This document shows, piece by piece, positions 25,201 through 37,400 of a stretch of DNA of 64,000 nucleotides. The stretch is from NCBI GenBank assembly GCA_040954595.2, contig CM082578.2, forward strand, positions 3,144,831 to 3,208,830, in the 5' to 3' direction. The notes below the pieces were generated by a model, which saw only the letters and a program-made list of their open reading frames with translations, made no database searches and was not told the origin of the DNA. Position numbers and translations under genes: made by a program. This DNA is from Balanoglossus misakiensis (Eukaryota; Animalia; Hemichordata). Within the stretch, counting starts at the first letter, position 1. The number at the start of each line of letters is the position of its first letter.

Positions 25201-27146
25201 AACATCTGATGTTAGCCCAGGCCAAAAGAAGTTGCTAAGGATCTTGTCTGTGGTCTTGTGAGTTCCTTGGTGACCACCCAGCACTGATTCATGGGCTAGT
25301 CTCATCACCTGGTTACGATACACTCTGGGAACCACCACCTGTAACAGCTTTTCACCAAATTGGACCATTGGCGAATTGAACTCTCTGTACAGGATCCCAT
25401 CTTTCATGATGAACTTCGACCTACCTCCATTCCTAGTCACTTTCTCGTCACCCAAAATTGCCTTCTCACGTAGTTTGTCAAGAGTGGAGTCTTCTTCTTG
25501 AGCTTGTTGAAGCTTCCCTGGCATCACCACTTCACCAACAGCTTTAGGTACTTTAAGCTCTCTGATTGATTTTTCGTTGGCTATCTTCTGGGCTCTGGTC
25601 TCCACAGCATTTGCTAAACCTGGTACCTGTCCAACAGTTGTACACAGTCTACATGTCGGCAATGGTTCCTGCCATGTAGTATCAGGATGTGAAGGGTCAG
25701 ATACACCATCAATGTTGCCCAGTATTAAATCATACACAGGGTTCATCATGCACAGTGCAGTAACATCACCAACAAAGTAAGGGCTATCAACTTTTATTGA
25801 GGCTACAGGTACTCTTCTAATAGTCCCGTCTATCAGAACACACGTCCTGTACTCACCAGTCAGCTGACTACTTGACACCAGACTTCTTCGAACTACCACA
25901 CTACTACACCCACTATCACGCAAAACACTAACCAGCTTACCATCGACCAATCCCTTCGTTACTGGCATCTTCTTCACTCCATGGGCACTACAAGCAGCAC
26001 TCATCACTGGGAGCTTATGACCACATGGTAACACGAACTCCTTATTCAGTGTTGCATCTGTTTTATCTATTTCCATTGCTACCACCATACATGCATAACC
26101 AGTGTCTCGTCCCCTGGGCTGTTGACGGTTGCCCCAATGTGTACATTCTTGTTTAGGTTGATAGTTTCTATCTTCTTCAGTTAACAATACCGCCGTCTTA
26201 TGCATCTTTGGCTTACTTCTACAGTCTTTGGCCATATGACCACCTTTACCACATACGAAGCACGTGCCTTTAAAAACATGGGAACCATTGGTTTTGTTAT
26301 TAAACTTCTTTACTTGATTTGGATATACAGCAGGCTTGGTATTTGCTGTCGGCTGACCCCTTGGATTATTCTTGGCATTACTTGGCAGTTTCCACCACCC
26401 TCGGGCATCTAAGTATTTTAAGGCAGTAGATACCATCTCTTGGACATTCTTTGGCCGTCGCTCTCTAATGAACATTGCCATGTCCCTGGAACATACTCCA
26501 ATAAACTGCTCTCGAAGTAACAGATCTGTAAGCCCATTGTACATCTTTGGAGTACCAGACAGTTCTACCCATCTGCCCAAATAGTCACCAATACGGTCCA
26601 TAAACTGTTGAGCACTTTCATCATAATGTGGCATACACGAACGGAACTTGTCATGAAAACTCTCCTCACTTAAATGGTAAGCCCTCAATAACTCTGGTTT
26701 CAATTCATCATAATTATTTGCAGACGCTGCAGGCATTCGGTTGTATGTGGATACACCCTTACCTTGTAACAATGCACTGAGATTCACCCCCAGTCATCTT
26801 TTTCCCACTTCTGAGCAGTGGCATAGCGCTCAAAACGTTGAAGGTACGCATCCATATCATCAACATCCTCACAAAAACCCTGTAGTCTCGGAGCACGCGC
26901 TTTGGCCAAATTATTTTCAGTAACCTGCTGTTCTGTATTTTCCAATTTTAATTCTTGTAAGTGAATTTGCATTTTCAGTATCTCTCTCTCATGTTCCTCG
27001 CGCCGCATATTATCTTCTCTCTGCTCCTCTCTCTCAGTAGCCCTAAGATCCCTCTCTCTAATTTGTTCCTCTCTAACATAATCTTTTAAAGTAGTCCCTT
27101 GCAAACCAAATTCTCTCCCTATCTTAGATACTCTTTCTGCATCCAT
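22288..27146 (-). pseudogene. Frameshifted gag-pol: Gag, CCHC knuckle, protease, integrase, RT, RNase H
   Basis: CFVCGKGGHMAKDC knuckle; LRDSGC protease; H...H...CQSCDIC integrase zinc finger; TDQGTQF...NGLVERFN integrase core; RT YIDD; RNase H LRTDAS...EKE...TDHQPL. It is broken across ORFs 26784-27146, 25111-26787, 23427-24986, 22530-22832 and 22288-22530. Confidence 0.93.
22830..23259. mobile_element. 430-bp foldback MITE inserted in Gypsy pol
   Basis: About 205-bp near-perfect TIRs (cacagggatttattcagg... / ...cctgaataaatccctgtg). The TSD is gtataaa (7 bp), or ggtataaac (9 bp) if the termini are ACAG/CTGT. Removing it restores NYNRSFIPNY. Confidence 0.92.
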
Positions 27147-27440
27147 GCTTTGTTGTATCGCGGTTTACAACCCCCCAGTTTGACAACCCCTAGCAGTACA
27201 GGGCATTCAGCACAAGTCAACACAGCCAAACGCACGACGCAAACCAACGCGGCCCATATGATATAGCAGGAAACAACAAGCGCAGATACAGTAACAGTAC
27301 CAGCCTACAGACCCAGCACCGTCTTCACAATTTGCAGAATCTCTACCAACTAAAACCACGGTCTCCACTATATGGCAACAATTTATGATAGTATACAAAC
27401 AAACGCACAAAAAACGATAACTCCCGGACGAGCCCCCAAA

Positions 27441-28479
27441 TGTCAGAGGTGGAGGGCACCCCTCTGATTCCCGGATAAATATTGAGCTGCTATCAGTGCC
27501 AAGGAGTAAACATCCGTGGATAAGGTATGGGGAGAAACTACACAAACCAGTGCGGATACAATAATACAGTTGATTTAATTTAAATCAATTAAATAATAAT
27601 ATAAAGACAATACTAGAAATATAATTTTTGTCCACAATATCAAATGTCTCTGTCCTAACCAATTTAGCAAGTACAGGTATACTGATACAATTGGTCATAC
27701 AATACAATGGGTTACTTAATATATTACATAAATGAATATATTCACAATATCACTATAGTTCATTGTCTATGCCATATTGTCTAAACAATGGTAAGTGTCA
27801 CTTAGCTGTATATAACATTCATAGTAAACAATCATGATTCAACCACAATATGGGATGGAGTCCTGTATAGATGACCGATGTAGCGACGATCCACATTACA
27901 CGTACAATCTGTTATACACCATGTTTTCTACCACTTGTAGTCCTCCAGTAGTCAAGTAAACACACTGAAGACTGACTTGTTAGATGCAAGTCTTGGGTTC
28001 AATGGACGAGAATTCTTCACCACACTTCATGCTCAGCAATACCGGGTCTATAGGATGGTTCCACAGAACTCTGCTTGGAGCAATTTCCAGCCACACCACA
28101 TACGACCATGCCAGCCACGCCAAACGCCCGACCACACCGGTTTGCACTGAATAAGCCCTATACTGCTTTCTAGAAGTACTGAATTTACTTCCACTCGAAT
28201 TGCAGAAACAGTGGTCCTGAGAGCACTAATGCGCGCTACAGCATTACATGGACACAGCAAGCTATGGTGCAATATTTCCCCTAGTATTTCTCCTCACTGA
28301 GCAGGGAGACCCGACTTGTTGCTCCCTTCAAGATCTAAATTGAAGTGTGCTCTCTTACTACACGAAACTTAGCTAACGAAGCCCTATTCATTAACATGAC
28401 AATACACAGTGTCACTACACCTGAAATTATGCGGGCACCTGGGTTTCCACTGACTCCAATACTACCTAATTATATGACA
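27441..28479 (-). repeat. 5' LTR of the Gypsy element
   Basis: Followed on the minus strand by the tRNA-Pro PBS (27422-27438). Confidence 0.95.
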
Positions 28480-29322
28480 TGATTCTTTTATTGCATGAAT
28501 TATTTGTTGAAGATAAAATAGAAAAGCCAGATTCTAAGATTCTACACTGAATCAACAAGTTATCTGGTCAGTCCAGTTTCTAAGGTTTTTGTTGGTCAAA
28601 GATATGTTAACGAATAAATATAGAAAAGATAACCGATTGTCGATTGTTTATTTGCATTTCAAGGCCTCCGGCCCATTTGCAGTGGAGTTATACGTCAAAA
28701 ATTACCGATAAATTAACAGTACAGTATCCAATAACTAGTCAGTAATTACAAAACAGGATTGCCATCATTTAAATTACAAATAATTTCTTTTCGTATTTGA
28801 AAAGCTTTGAAAAAATACACAGGTTTCGTAGAACACATACATCAGAGGAACGTAATAAACGCTGAAACGTGCATATATTGGGGTGAGTAAACATATCTTT
28901 GGGTAAATAAATTGGTCCGATAGTGTGGTAGGCAGGACATTCTAACAGAAAATGAAATTCGTCTTTAACTTTGTTAGTATTGCATATTTCACAAAATCTC
29001 TCTGTTGAAATAACATCTAAATGTCTCCCATTTTCTACACTTAAAGGGAGGCATGGACAACGAAAACATGCCATTATTTGTCTCATTTTGATATTAATAT
29101 TTAAAGTATGTATTTTTCAGGTTCTAGGGCACTTTTAAACCCTACATATGTGCGCAATTTTTGTCTACGAATGATGTTACCCCACCATTGTTGCTTACAA
29201 GTATCTTTAGCCCTTTTTTCACACAACTTTAGAAAACGTCTTTGTTGCCAACTTCCTGTGCTATCGAGACGGAACCAAAACCATAAGAGTACAAAACATG
29301 CTTAATAATAATAATAATAATT

Positions 29323-30902
29323 AAATAAAGAATTATATAAAAATAATAATTTTAATAATAATAGGTCCGATTTCCACAAAAATTTCACCATAGGGGTATC
29401 TTGGCTCAATAAGAACAAAAATGATATCCGTTTAGTGATAACATGTTTCCATGGCAACCATTTTGGGGCTGAAATTATGCTTTTTGTGCTAAGAGAGGGT
29501 ATCACAAGTCAATTTACATAATAATTGGTTGGATTTGAACACAAAATCACACTGGCAGTATTTTTGTTTACAAAGAAAACATTTGGGGTTTATTTTCCGA
29601 ATGCACAATAATAAGTTGGTGAAATTTGACTTTTCTTTCAAGACAGAGGAACTGCGCATGTGCAGAAAAACTGGCAATGCAGCCTGCCGATTTCCACAGT
29701 GTAACTACAAAAAAATACAAGATACAATAGTATCGTTAAGGAATCCAATCAATCGATTGTTCATGCATTTCCAGACTGTCGACCAGTTTTAAAACATAAA
29801 TTCATTGGTATTGCATAAACGTTTACCGTCTATTTGTTGTTGTATGACATGGGTTATTGAAGGAAGGCAGTTACAGGACACACTCGTAGAAGTACACTGT
29901 TTGAGTATTGACAGCGAGTCTGTGTTAAATTTGGCAGTTCAGCGTGACTTCAACACTAAATAGACAACTAGCAGAAAAGTCTGCAAACTTCTAAATTTCT
30001 GGAAATGTTTTATTTGGTATGGTTATGAAATAATTTTCGTCTATGAAGAATCAAATCTCAGCGACGCAGGATAGCTTCTGATGAATGCGAAGACCTGTCA
30101 GCTGACACGCAAATACAGCCAAAACATAAAATTCAACATTGAAAACGGAACCGCGAGATGCCTCGTGTGTCTGTCCTGTCACCTCGTCTGAGAAAACAAT
30201 AAAATTCCCGAGAAATAATAACACGAAATCCAAAGTATCGTGATAACATTTCTTCATTTATCTGATTCTATTTGGCTGCCTTGTACATTGTAAACATTGC
30301 GTCCGTTTGACACCGACACAAACGTAGCATAACTCAGAGGTCAATACTTTGATTAAAAACAATAATTTTAACACTAACCTTCCTGTTCCACGATATCTGC
30401 GGTTTCTATGGCGCTCAAATCTCATGATATGTGCAATTCTAAAGCCAACTGGGGTATTATTCCTGTCGTTTTAGCCACGAAAACTGGGCAGACGACACGA
30501 CGCGAAACAGCTCGTTCACACTCAGTTGACATCGCGTGATTTCAGAGCGCGCGCAAACATACGAAAAATTGCTACAATGTTGTACGTAAATAAACTCGGT
30601 CTCCAACTCGTGTTGGGTTTCGAGCGAAGTTTTGTACCTCAGATCTGTCGTACACACGCCACCAGACTCACTGGGTAACAAGGTTTTAAATAGTGTTTAA
30701 CAATACCCGAGGTCTTTTTGTGAATATTAGGTAGAAAATCTCCAACTGAAAGCTTTGAAACGTCGTCTGCAATTTTAGATACATAGGCCACTTTGAAAAA
30801 TGTTGTCTTTATGAATCTGAAGTATCACGAATGATTGTACAGGAAATCCACCCGTGCTTATTAAATTGATAGATTGTTTATATAATTCTTTAAACCCCTT
30901 AA
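29323..30902. mobile_element. Putative non-autonomous TIR element sitting within the (ATT)n tail (Kolobok-like possible)
   Basis: Inverted 16-mer taaagaattatataaa (29326) / tttatataattcttta (30877), ttaa next to both ends, and (TAA)n runs on both sides. Confidence 0.4.
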
Positions 30903-31089
30903 CTGGTAATAATAATAATAATAATAATAATACTAATAATTTATTTGCCAAAAAATGAATGGAAGCATTTACATCAAAATTATAGAGTACAGTAGAAAAT
31001 AAAGAAAATTTCTGGCAGGAGCCGCAAAAAATAGTTCCTAAGAACTAGTCGAGTTTGTGGCACCAAAGTATCAGGTAAGTAAATATTTA

Positions 31090-31400
31090 AGCAATAAAAC
31101 ACCCCCAGCCATGGTATATCACGAGATTTTGACCAGTTCACGACATATACGCACGAGCGATAGCGAGTGCGTATATGGAGTTGAACTGGTCAAAATCGAG
31201 TGGTATACCATGGCTGGGGGGTGTTTTATTGCTATTATATTATGCCAGTATATTGAAACTTTGCATAAAACATTTTAAAAAGGCATTTTCTTTAACTATG
31301 ATATATGACTGTGGTATATGGCTAATATATCACGGTCACGTGTCGTGTCTCGACCAATCAAATAGCGTGATTTACACCATCAATATACTGGTATAATATA
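31090..31400. mobile_element. Bipartite element: hairpin (31090-31233) with a CGAG-C-GATA-G-CGAG tip plus an adjacent TIR-bounded unit
   Basis: Arms agcaataaaacacccccagccatggtata / tataccatggctggggggtgttttattgct. The adjacent unit is bounded by ccagtatattga / tcaatatactgg. It lies in the 3' UTR of the CR1-group LINE. Confidence 0.75.
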
Positions 31401-33326
31401 ATATACAATATGTGAAACTGACGAAAAATCAAAACAAAAAATATTAAAGAAAGTACTGGTCGAGAAAGAACAAACAAACAGTAAGGTGACAGGGCAGGCT
31501 GAAAAGACTGCGGTACAGATCAAGTACTTGAAAGAAGGTGTTCCCTTAACTGCATCTTAAAGGCATTTCTATTGGGGATTTGTTTCATTTTGTCTGGCAG
31601 CGAATTCCAGTGTTTGGTGGCAGCATATTTGAGACTATGTTGAATTATGGAAAGTTTTACTTTTGGAATATAAAAATTGTCATTTGTTGCAAGACGTGTT
31701 GGATAATCATGAGGTAGTTGGTCGAGGTAGTGATGTACATTGTGTATAAAAAGAAGATTTTTCTATAAGTCAAAAACCAGTAAACAGGTGCTTAATTTGC
31801 ATTGCTTGTGGATATCAAGAATATTGAGCTGTCGGAAGAGGGGAGCTGAGTGAGTACAAGGGTCCGAAAAAGAGACAAGACGTACTAATTTTTTTTGCAG
31901 GTTGAGAATTGGTTGTAGAAAGGTAGAATATGTGTTGCCCCATACCTCAATGCAATAGCAGATACGTGGTAAAATCAGAGAATTGTAGATGATAATAAGT
32001 GTAGACCTGGGAACAAAGTAACGAATTTTGGGAATGATGCCAACTAATGGAGCGATTGAATTGGTGACTTTCTCAATGTGGGTTTTCCAAGTCATGTCGT
32101 GATCAATTGACAAACCTAAGTAGTTGGTAGATAAAACACCATCTATTATGGATCCATCAACACTCAAATTACCCAAAGTATTTATGGGTTTCCTGGCTGA
32201 CTTAATTATCATGAAATTAGTTTTTTTCTGAATTAATAGTTAACTTGTTTGCCTTGCACCAGAGACAAACCTTTTGAAAATCAATATCGGTAATATCTAT
32301 GACAGAACTATTAAAGTATTTAAATAAGCTGGTGTCATCAGCAAAGAGTCTGAAATCAAAACTACTAGTTGAATGAACAATATCATTGATGTACAATAAA
32401 AAGAGAATAGGCCCTATAATGGAACCTTGTGGGACTCCACATTGAATAGGTTTGTATGAAGAGGACTTGTCTCGAATGGAAACTGTTTGCTGACGATCTG
32501 AAAGATAACTCTTAAACCATAAAACCACAAACGGGGCGGAAGAAAAACGAGTTGAGATAATTCCCATGTAGGTAATGGCGGAACTTCGTGCTAATCTTTG
32601 CAGCAAGATTTGAACCTATGTTAGTGAAATAATCATTAAACTCCTCTGCAATGTCTATAGTATTCGTAAGAAGCGTTTTGTCAGGGCTATTGGAATTTAA
32701 ACTTGTGGGGAATGAATTTTTCTTGGTTTTGTTAAGGATTTCTCTGATCACTCGCCAAGTTTTCTCTGTGTTACCTTCAGCATTAAGCATTGAATCAGCA
32801 AAATACTTCTTCTTGGCATACAGATTTTTGTTAAAACGTTCCTGTAAGCAGTGTAGGTACGCCTAACTTCTACATTATGTGGGCTATTTTTAACTTTCGT
32901 AAAAAGTTTGTGTTTTTTCCTGACTGACTTCAAAAGAGCGGGTGACAGCCGGGGTTTACGAATTGAATTACAATGGTTCCTTACAATATTAATGTGAATA
33001 TGCCTGTTCATAACATCACTAAAAAGTTTGTAAAAAATACCATATGCCTCATTAGGATTGGCGCAGTCATACACAGGCTGCCAAGATACATTATTTAAAT
33101 CCTGAACAAAAGCGTCCTGATTGTAACTCCTGAAATCATACTTGAAGTTATTACAATTGGAAGTAAAAACATGGCTGAAGCGTTTAAGCACGCCAAAAAC
33201 AGCATAATGATCGCTGATATCTGTCTGAATAGTACCACATTCAATACAATAATCTGTGATGTTGGTTAGAATGTGGTCAATAGTAGTACTTGACTGGCTT
33301 GTAATTCTAGTGGGTGTGGTGATAAT

Positions 33327-34482
33327 AATAATAATAATCTTTTATTTGCGTTTTAAGGCCGCCGGCCCATATGCAAAGGGGGTACATTTAGATTTTTTCC
33401 AAAAGAGAGATACAACAAAACATATAAGTGGAGTGCATAGCAAGGTATATCAGAACACAAATCGCATCACTGTGAGTAAACGTACATTACAGCTTTTTCT
33501 CGAAGTCTGAAAGCTCTGTGGACAAAATTACAGAGACTAAGTAGGTCATCTGAACGAGATGACCTCATAAACCTTAGAAATTTACAGAAATTTGGTTCCA
33601 GGAACAATTCCTTTGGTAAGTACCGTATTCTCAAATTATTGTACAGTGGGCAAATTACAAGAAAGTGGTATTCATCTTCTACCATATTTGTGTTACAAAC
33701 TTTACAAAATCTAAAAGCCGAAGCAATGTTATCTCTCCTGCCTTCTTCCATCGCAAGAGGGAGTACTGAACAGCGAAAATATGTAAATATTCGGATAGCT
33801 TGGTGATTACAGTGAAGGTACAAATATCTCTCAGGCTCTAGTAAATTTTTGAATTGGATATACGTGCGGAGTTTGGGTTTCAGTGAAGCTTTTTCGATCC
33901 AACGTTGTTTGTATACATCTTTGACTCTATTTTCGAAGATATACAGAAAATGTTTTTTGTCACCAACTTCCTGAGAAACCCAGGCAAACCCAAATCCGAG
34001 CGAAAATAAAATATCCTTTACTGAGGTTGCCCAAGTATTTCTACCCATATTGTCTAAATTACACAACATCAAATATGCCTGCCTTGGAATTCTATGGGGT
34101 GGCATTTCGAGGAGTTTTAACCAGTAAGCGATGCAACGTTTTATGGTGGTACAATAGATAGGGAGACGTCCACATTCTCCCATTACTGCTTCTGTAGTAG
34201 TGTGTTTAGGTACTCCCAGCAGTAGCCTACACCACCTCCTCTGTACATTCTCTAAAACTTCAAAATATTGAAATCCCCAAATTTCTGCCCCATATGATAA
34301 AATTGGTACAATCATTGCATCGAATAATTTAAAATGAACATTAATATCCAGAAAATCTAATTTCCGTCTGGTGGCGGACAATATATTCAAAGCCTTTCCG
34401 GCTTGATAAGCTAAAGTGTACACCGCTTTTGACCAAGTATTCCTTGAAGAAAGAAGAAGACCCAAGTATTTGTAGTACGAAA
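33327..34482 (-). mobile_element. 5'-truncated RTE-X-like LINE inserted in the CR1-group element
   Basis: Open 332-aa ORF2 tail (YGAEIWG, MGECGR, EDEYHFLVICPLY), (ATT)n tail, and a 12-bp TSD tgtggtgataat (33315-33326, 34483-34494). Removing it restores QIITTPTRI. Confidence 0.92.
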
Positions 34483-37400
34483 TGTGGTGATAATCTGGGA
34501 GAAATGAAGCGAGTTAACAGCTGTAAGATACTGGGATGATGGTGGAACATTCGTAGACGTATCAATATTCAAATCACCCAAAATTACACAATCACAGCCT
34601 TTGACTGAAAGCTGGTGGAGGCATGCCTCAAAGCTGTCAACAAAATCAATATATGGCGTTTTCGGTTTTCTATAGACAACTCCTATTATTATTCTTTTGT
34701 TATTAATGAGGCTTTCAACAAAGATGGACTCACAATGCATAATATTTGGGGTGTTAATGACGGTATGTGGGACCGAATCATGAATATACAATGCCACTCC
34801 CCCACCTTGGCCTTTTTCTCTGTTAGCAGTAAGCAAGTTATAAGAGGGTAAATTGTACAAATCAGAGTTGATAGAATGTAACCATGTTTCCGTAAGCGCT
34901 AAGAAAGTGAAGCGGTTTTGTAAAATGTCCAGTAGCGCTACAAAATCATCATAATGTTTGGATAGCGAGCGGATATTTAGGTGTAGAAAGGAACACATGT
35001 TTTTTATATTTTCACTGCTAGACCTGAAGTGTTCGACACTGTATGCTTTACAATTAAAATTGGTCACAGTTTCGTCGACACTCATTAAAAAGGGCGAAAG
35101 TTCTAGTAATTACTATACAAATGGACATTACTTTATGCGTTGAATGTCTCTTTCAGAGCTGATCTTTATCGCTGGGCTGTCATTTTCTTTCCAGGCATAT
35201 GTCTTCCCGTTTCGAGTCCATATGTATTTCCAGTTCTTGACTTTTCGCTTGACATTGGCGTCATGGAACAGTTTTTTGCCTTTCTTGGTTAATTGTTCAT
35301 TAATGTAGATGAGGTTTTTACCTTGTTTTGGATGAGAAATTCCATCATCTGACGCCGTCTTCTTGTATAGTTTCTTCTTGGCATTGTAGAGAGCTTCCCG
35401 AACACTTCGTCTGGTGAATCTCACGATTATGGCTGGTGGCTGTTGATCGTTTTTCTTGGGCAGTCGATGGCTGATGTCAATGTCAATTTCTCGAATCGTT
35501 GTAACACATTGTGTCTATCTAAATCGTCGAGTTGTCAAAGCATGACATACGCTTGGCGTGGCAATCTTGTGGGTGTTAATTCTAAAAGTCTTTGATGCAG
35601 CGTTTCAACGAATGTACAAATATTGGCAGCCTGCCACATTCCCCAACAACAGCTTCGTTTGTTGCACTTGATGGCAAACCTAAAAATGCCCTGCACCATT
35701 TTCTTTGTATCTTTTCGAGTGTTTCATAATACTGAAACTCCCAAATTTCAGAAGCGTAAATAATAATCGGTAAAATAGTTGTGTCAAAAAGCATAAAATG
35801 TGTATTATATGGGAAACCCCAAATTTTTCGCTCTGCCCCACCTATTTCTTGATTATAAAACAAGACCAAGGTATTTGGAATAGGAGACGACTTCACTATT
35901 TTGGCCATTCAAAGTCCACTTTTCTGTGCGAGCTCTATGGCCCCCATTACGAAAAACATTATTTGTGTCTTCTTAATATTAACCCCATTGCCCATTTACT
36001 ACAAAATTCTCCCAAAACATTTATCAATTTCTGTAAGTTTCCCACAGAGTCAGCACAAATTGCAACATCATCAGCATATAACAGCTAAAATAAGTTATAC
36101 AAATCTTGGGTTCATTAAATTTCCATGATACCAGAATTAATTAACATGACATTCAGTTCTTCAATAAAGAAAGTAAATAGTACAGGACTAAGCATGCAAC
36201 CCTGCCTAACACCTGACGGAGAGTGAAAGTAATCTGAAACCTTTGACCCTGACTTTATACATGATTCCACGTTCGAATACATGGAACGAAGGATGATAAA
36301 ACAATTACCAGATACACCAAGTGTGGAAAGTTTATACATAAGTAATGAATGATTCACTCTATTAAATGCTTTTGAGAAATCCACAAATAGGCAATACAAT
36401 TTTCCACCTCTTACACTCAGGTATTTTTGTACCATAGCATACAAAACAAAAATGTTATCAACTGTGCTATGATCTCTTTGAAACCTGCTTGACAGTCAGA
36501 TCTTAACTCATTCATTTAAGCCCATATTGTCAAACGCTCATTTAAAATTGAGGTAAAAACTTTACCAAGAACATTTAACAGAGAAATTCCCGGATAGTTA
36601 CCAACATCGTTTCTATTTCCATTTTTAAACAAAGGGATAATAACACCTATTGCCCATTCTTCGGGGAAATAACCAGATTCAAAAATTCTATTAAACAAAA
36701 TGTGAATGAATGGAATGGTAACATCTGCTGAAAATTTTAAAATTTCTCCCGGAATACCATCAACTCCTGGGGATTTACCAGATTTTAATCTTTTCAAACT
36801 TGCAGCGATTTCCTGTATCGAAATACTCTTATTCAACAAAATCTTCTGGTATATTAGTGGATGACGTACCTATACCATGTTTACAGTGTGTTTAAAATGT
36901 CATCTCCAGACACAGTATCACCATATTGCATATATAAATGTTTAAAATAATCATACCATTCTTTTAAACTTATACTATTTGTATTGCACTACCTACGATT
37001 CATACATGACTTTAAGACTTGCCACACCTCAGCTGACCCATCCCTGAATGCATCGGCAAGTTTCTCTTTAATTAAATTTTGGTAAACCCTTTTCTTGTTG
37101 CGACATGTATCCTTAAAATCTTTCTTCGCTGTCATATAGTCCCCAATGCAATTGTAGAGTTTGAATGTCCGAAAACTTTCAGTTTATCATACATACAGCG
37201 TTTTTTTTAAACACAGGTGGTGTCAAACCATTCTTGTTGCTTACGTGGCTTTCCTTTAAAATCAAACTGTGTACATTCCATATCTTGCCAGGCTACTTGC
37301 AATGCTTCTGTAAACTTAACAGTAGCTGTATCAATGTCTGAGGAGTTATGTACAGAGTCATTGAAAAGAGTTTTCACTTGAACTGAGAAGAGGTTTTCTA

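Larger units (their letters stand above)
21200..28479 (-). mobile_element. Full-length Gypsy/Ty3 LTR retrotransposon, Gmr1-type order (gag-PR-IN-RT-RH), inactivated
   Basis: LTRs at 21200-22237 and 27441-28479 (TG...CA, about 98-99% identical by eye), 5-bp TSD TGATT, tRNA-Pro PBS TGGGGGCTCGTCCGGGA, and PPT AAGCAAGGGGTAAA next to the 3' LTR. Confidence 0.97.
29304..35495 (-). mobile_element. 5'-truncated CR1-group (Crack/Daphne-like) LINE nested in the RTE-X-like LINE
   Basis: ORF1 end IYINEQLT...WKYIWTRNG (35128-35424); APE HLNIRSL, LTETWL, GDLN (34411-35085); RT GVPQGSIIGP, LFADDT; YCIEVWGNT. The 3' end has AATAAA and an (ATT)n tail at ~30908-30945, with further tail at 29304-29320. Confidence 0.85.
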
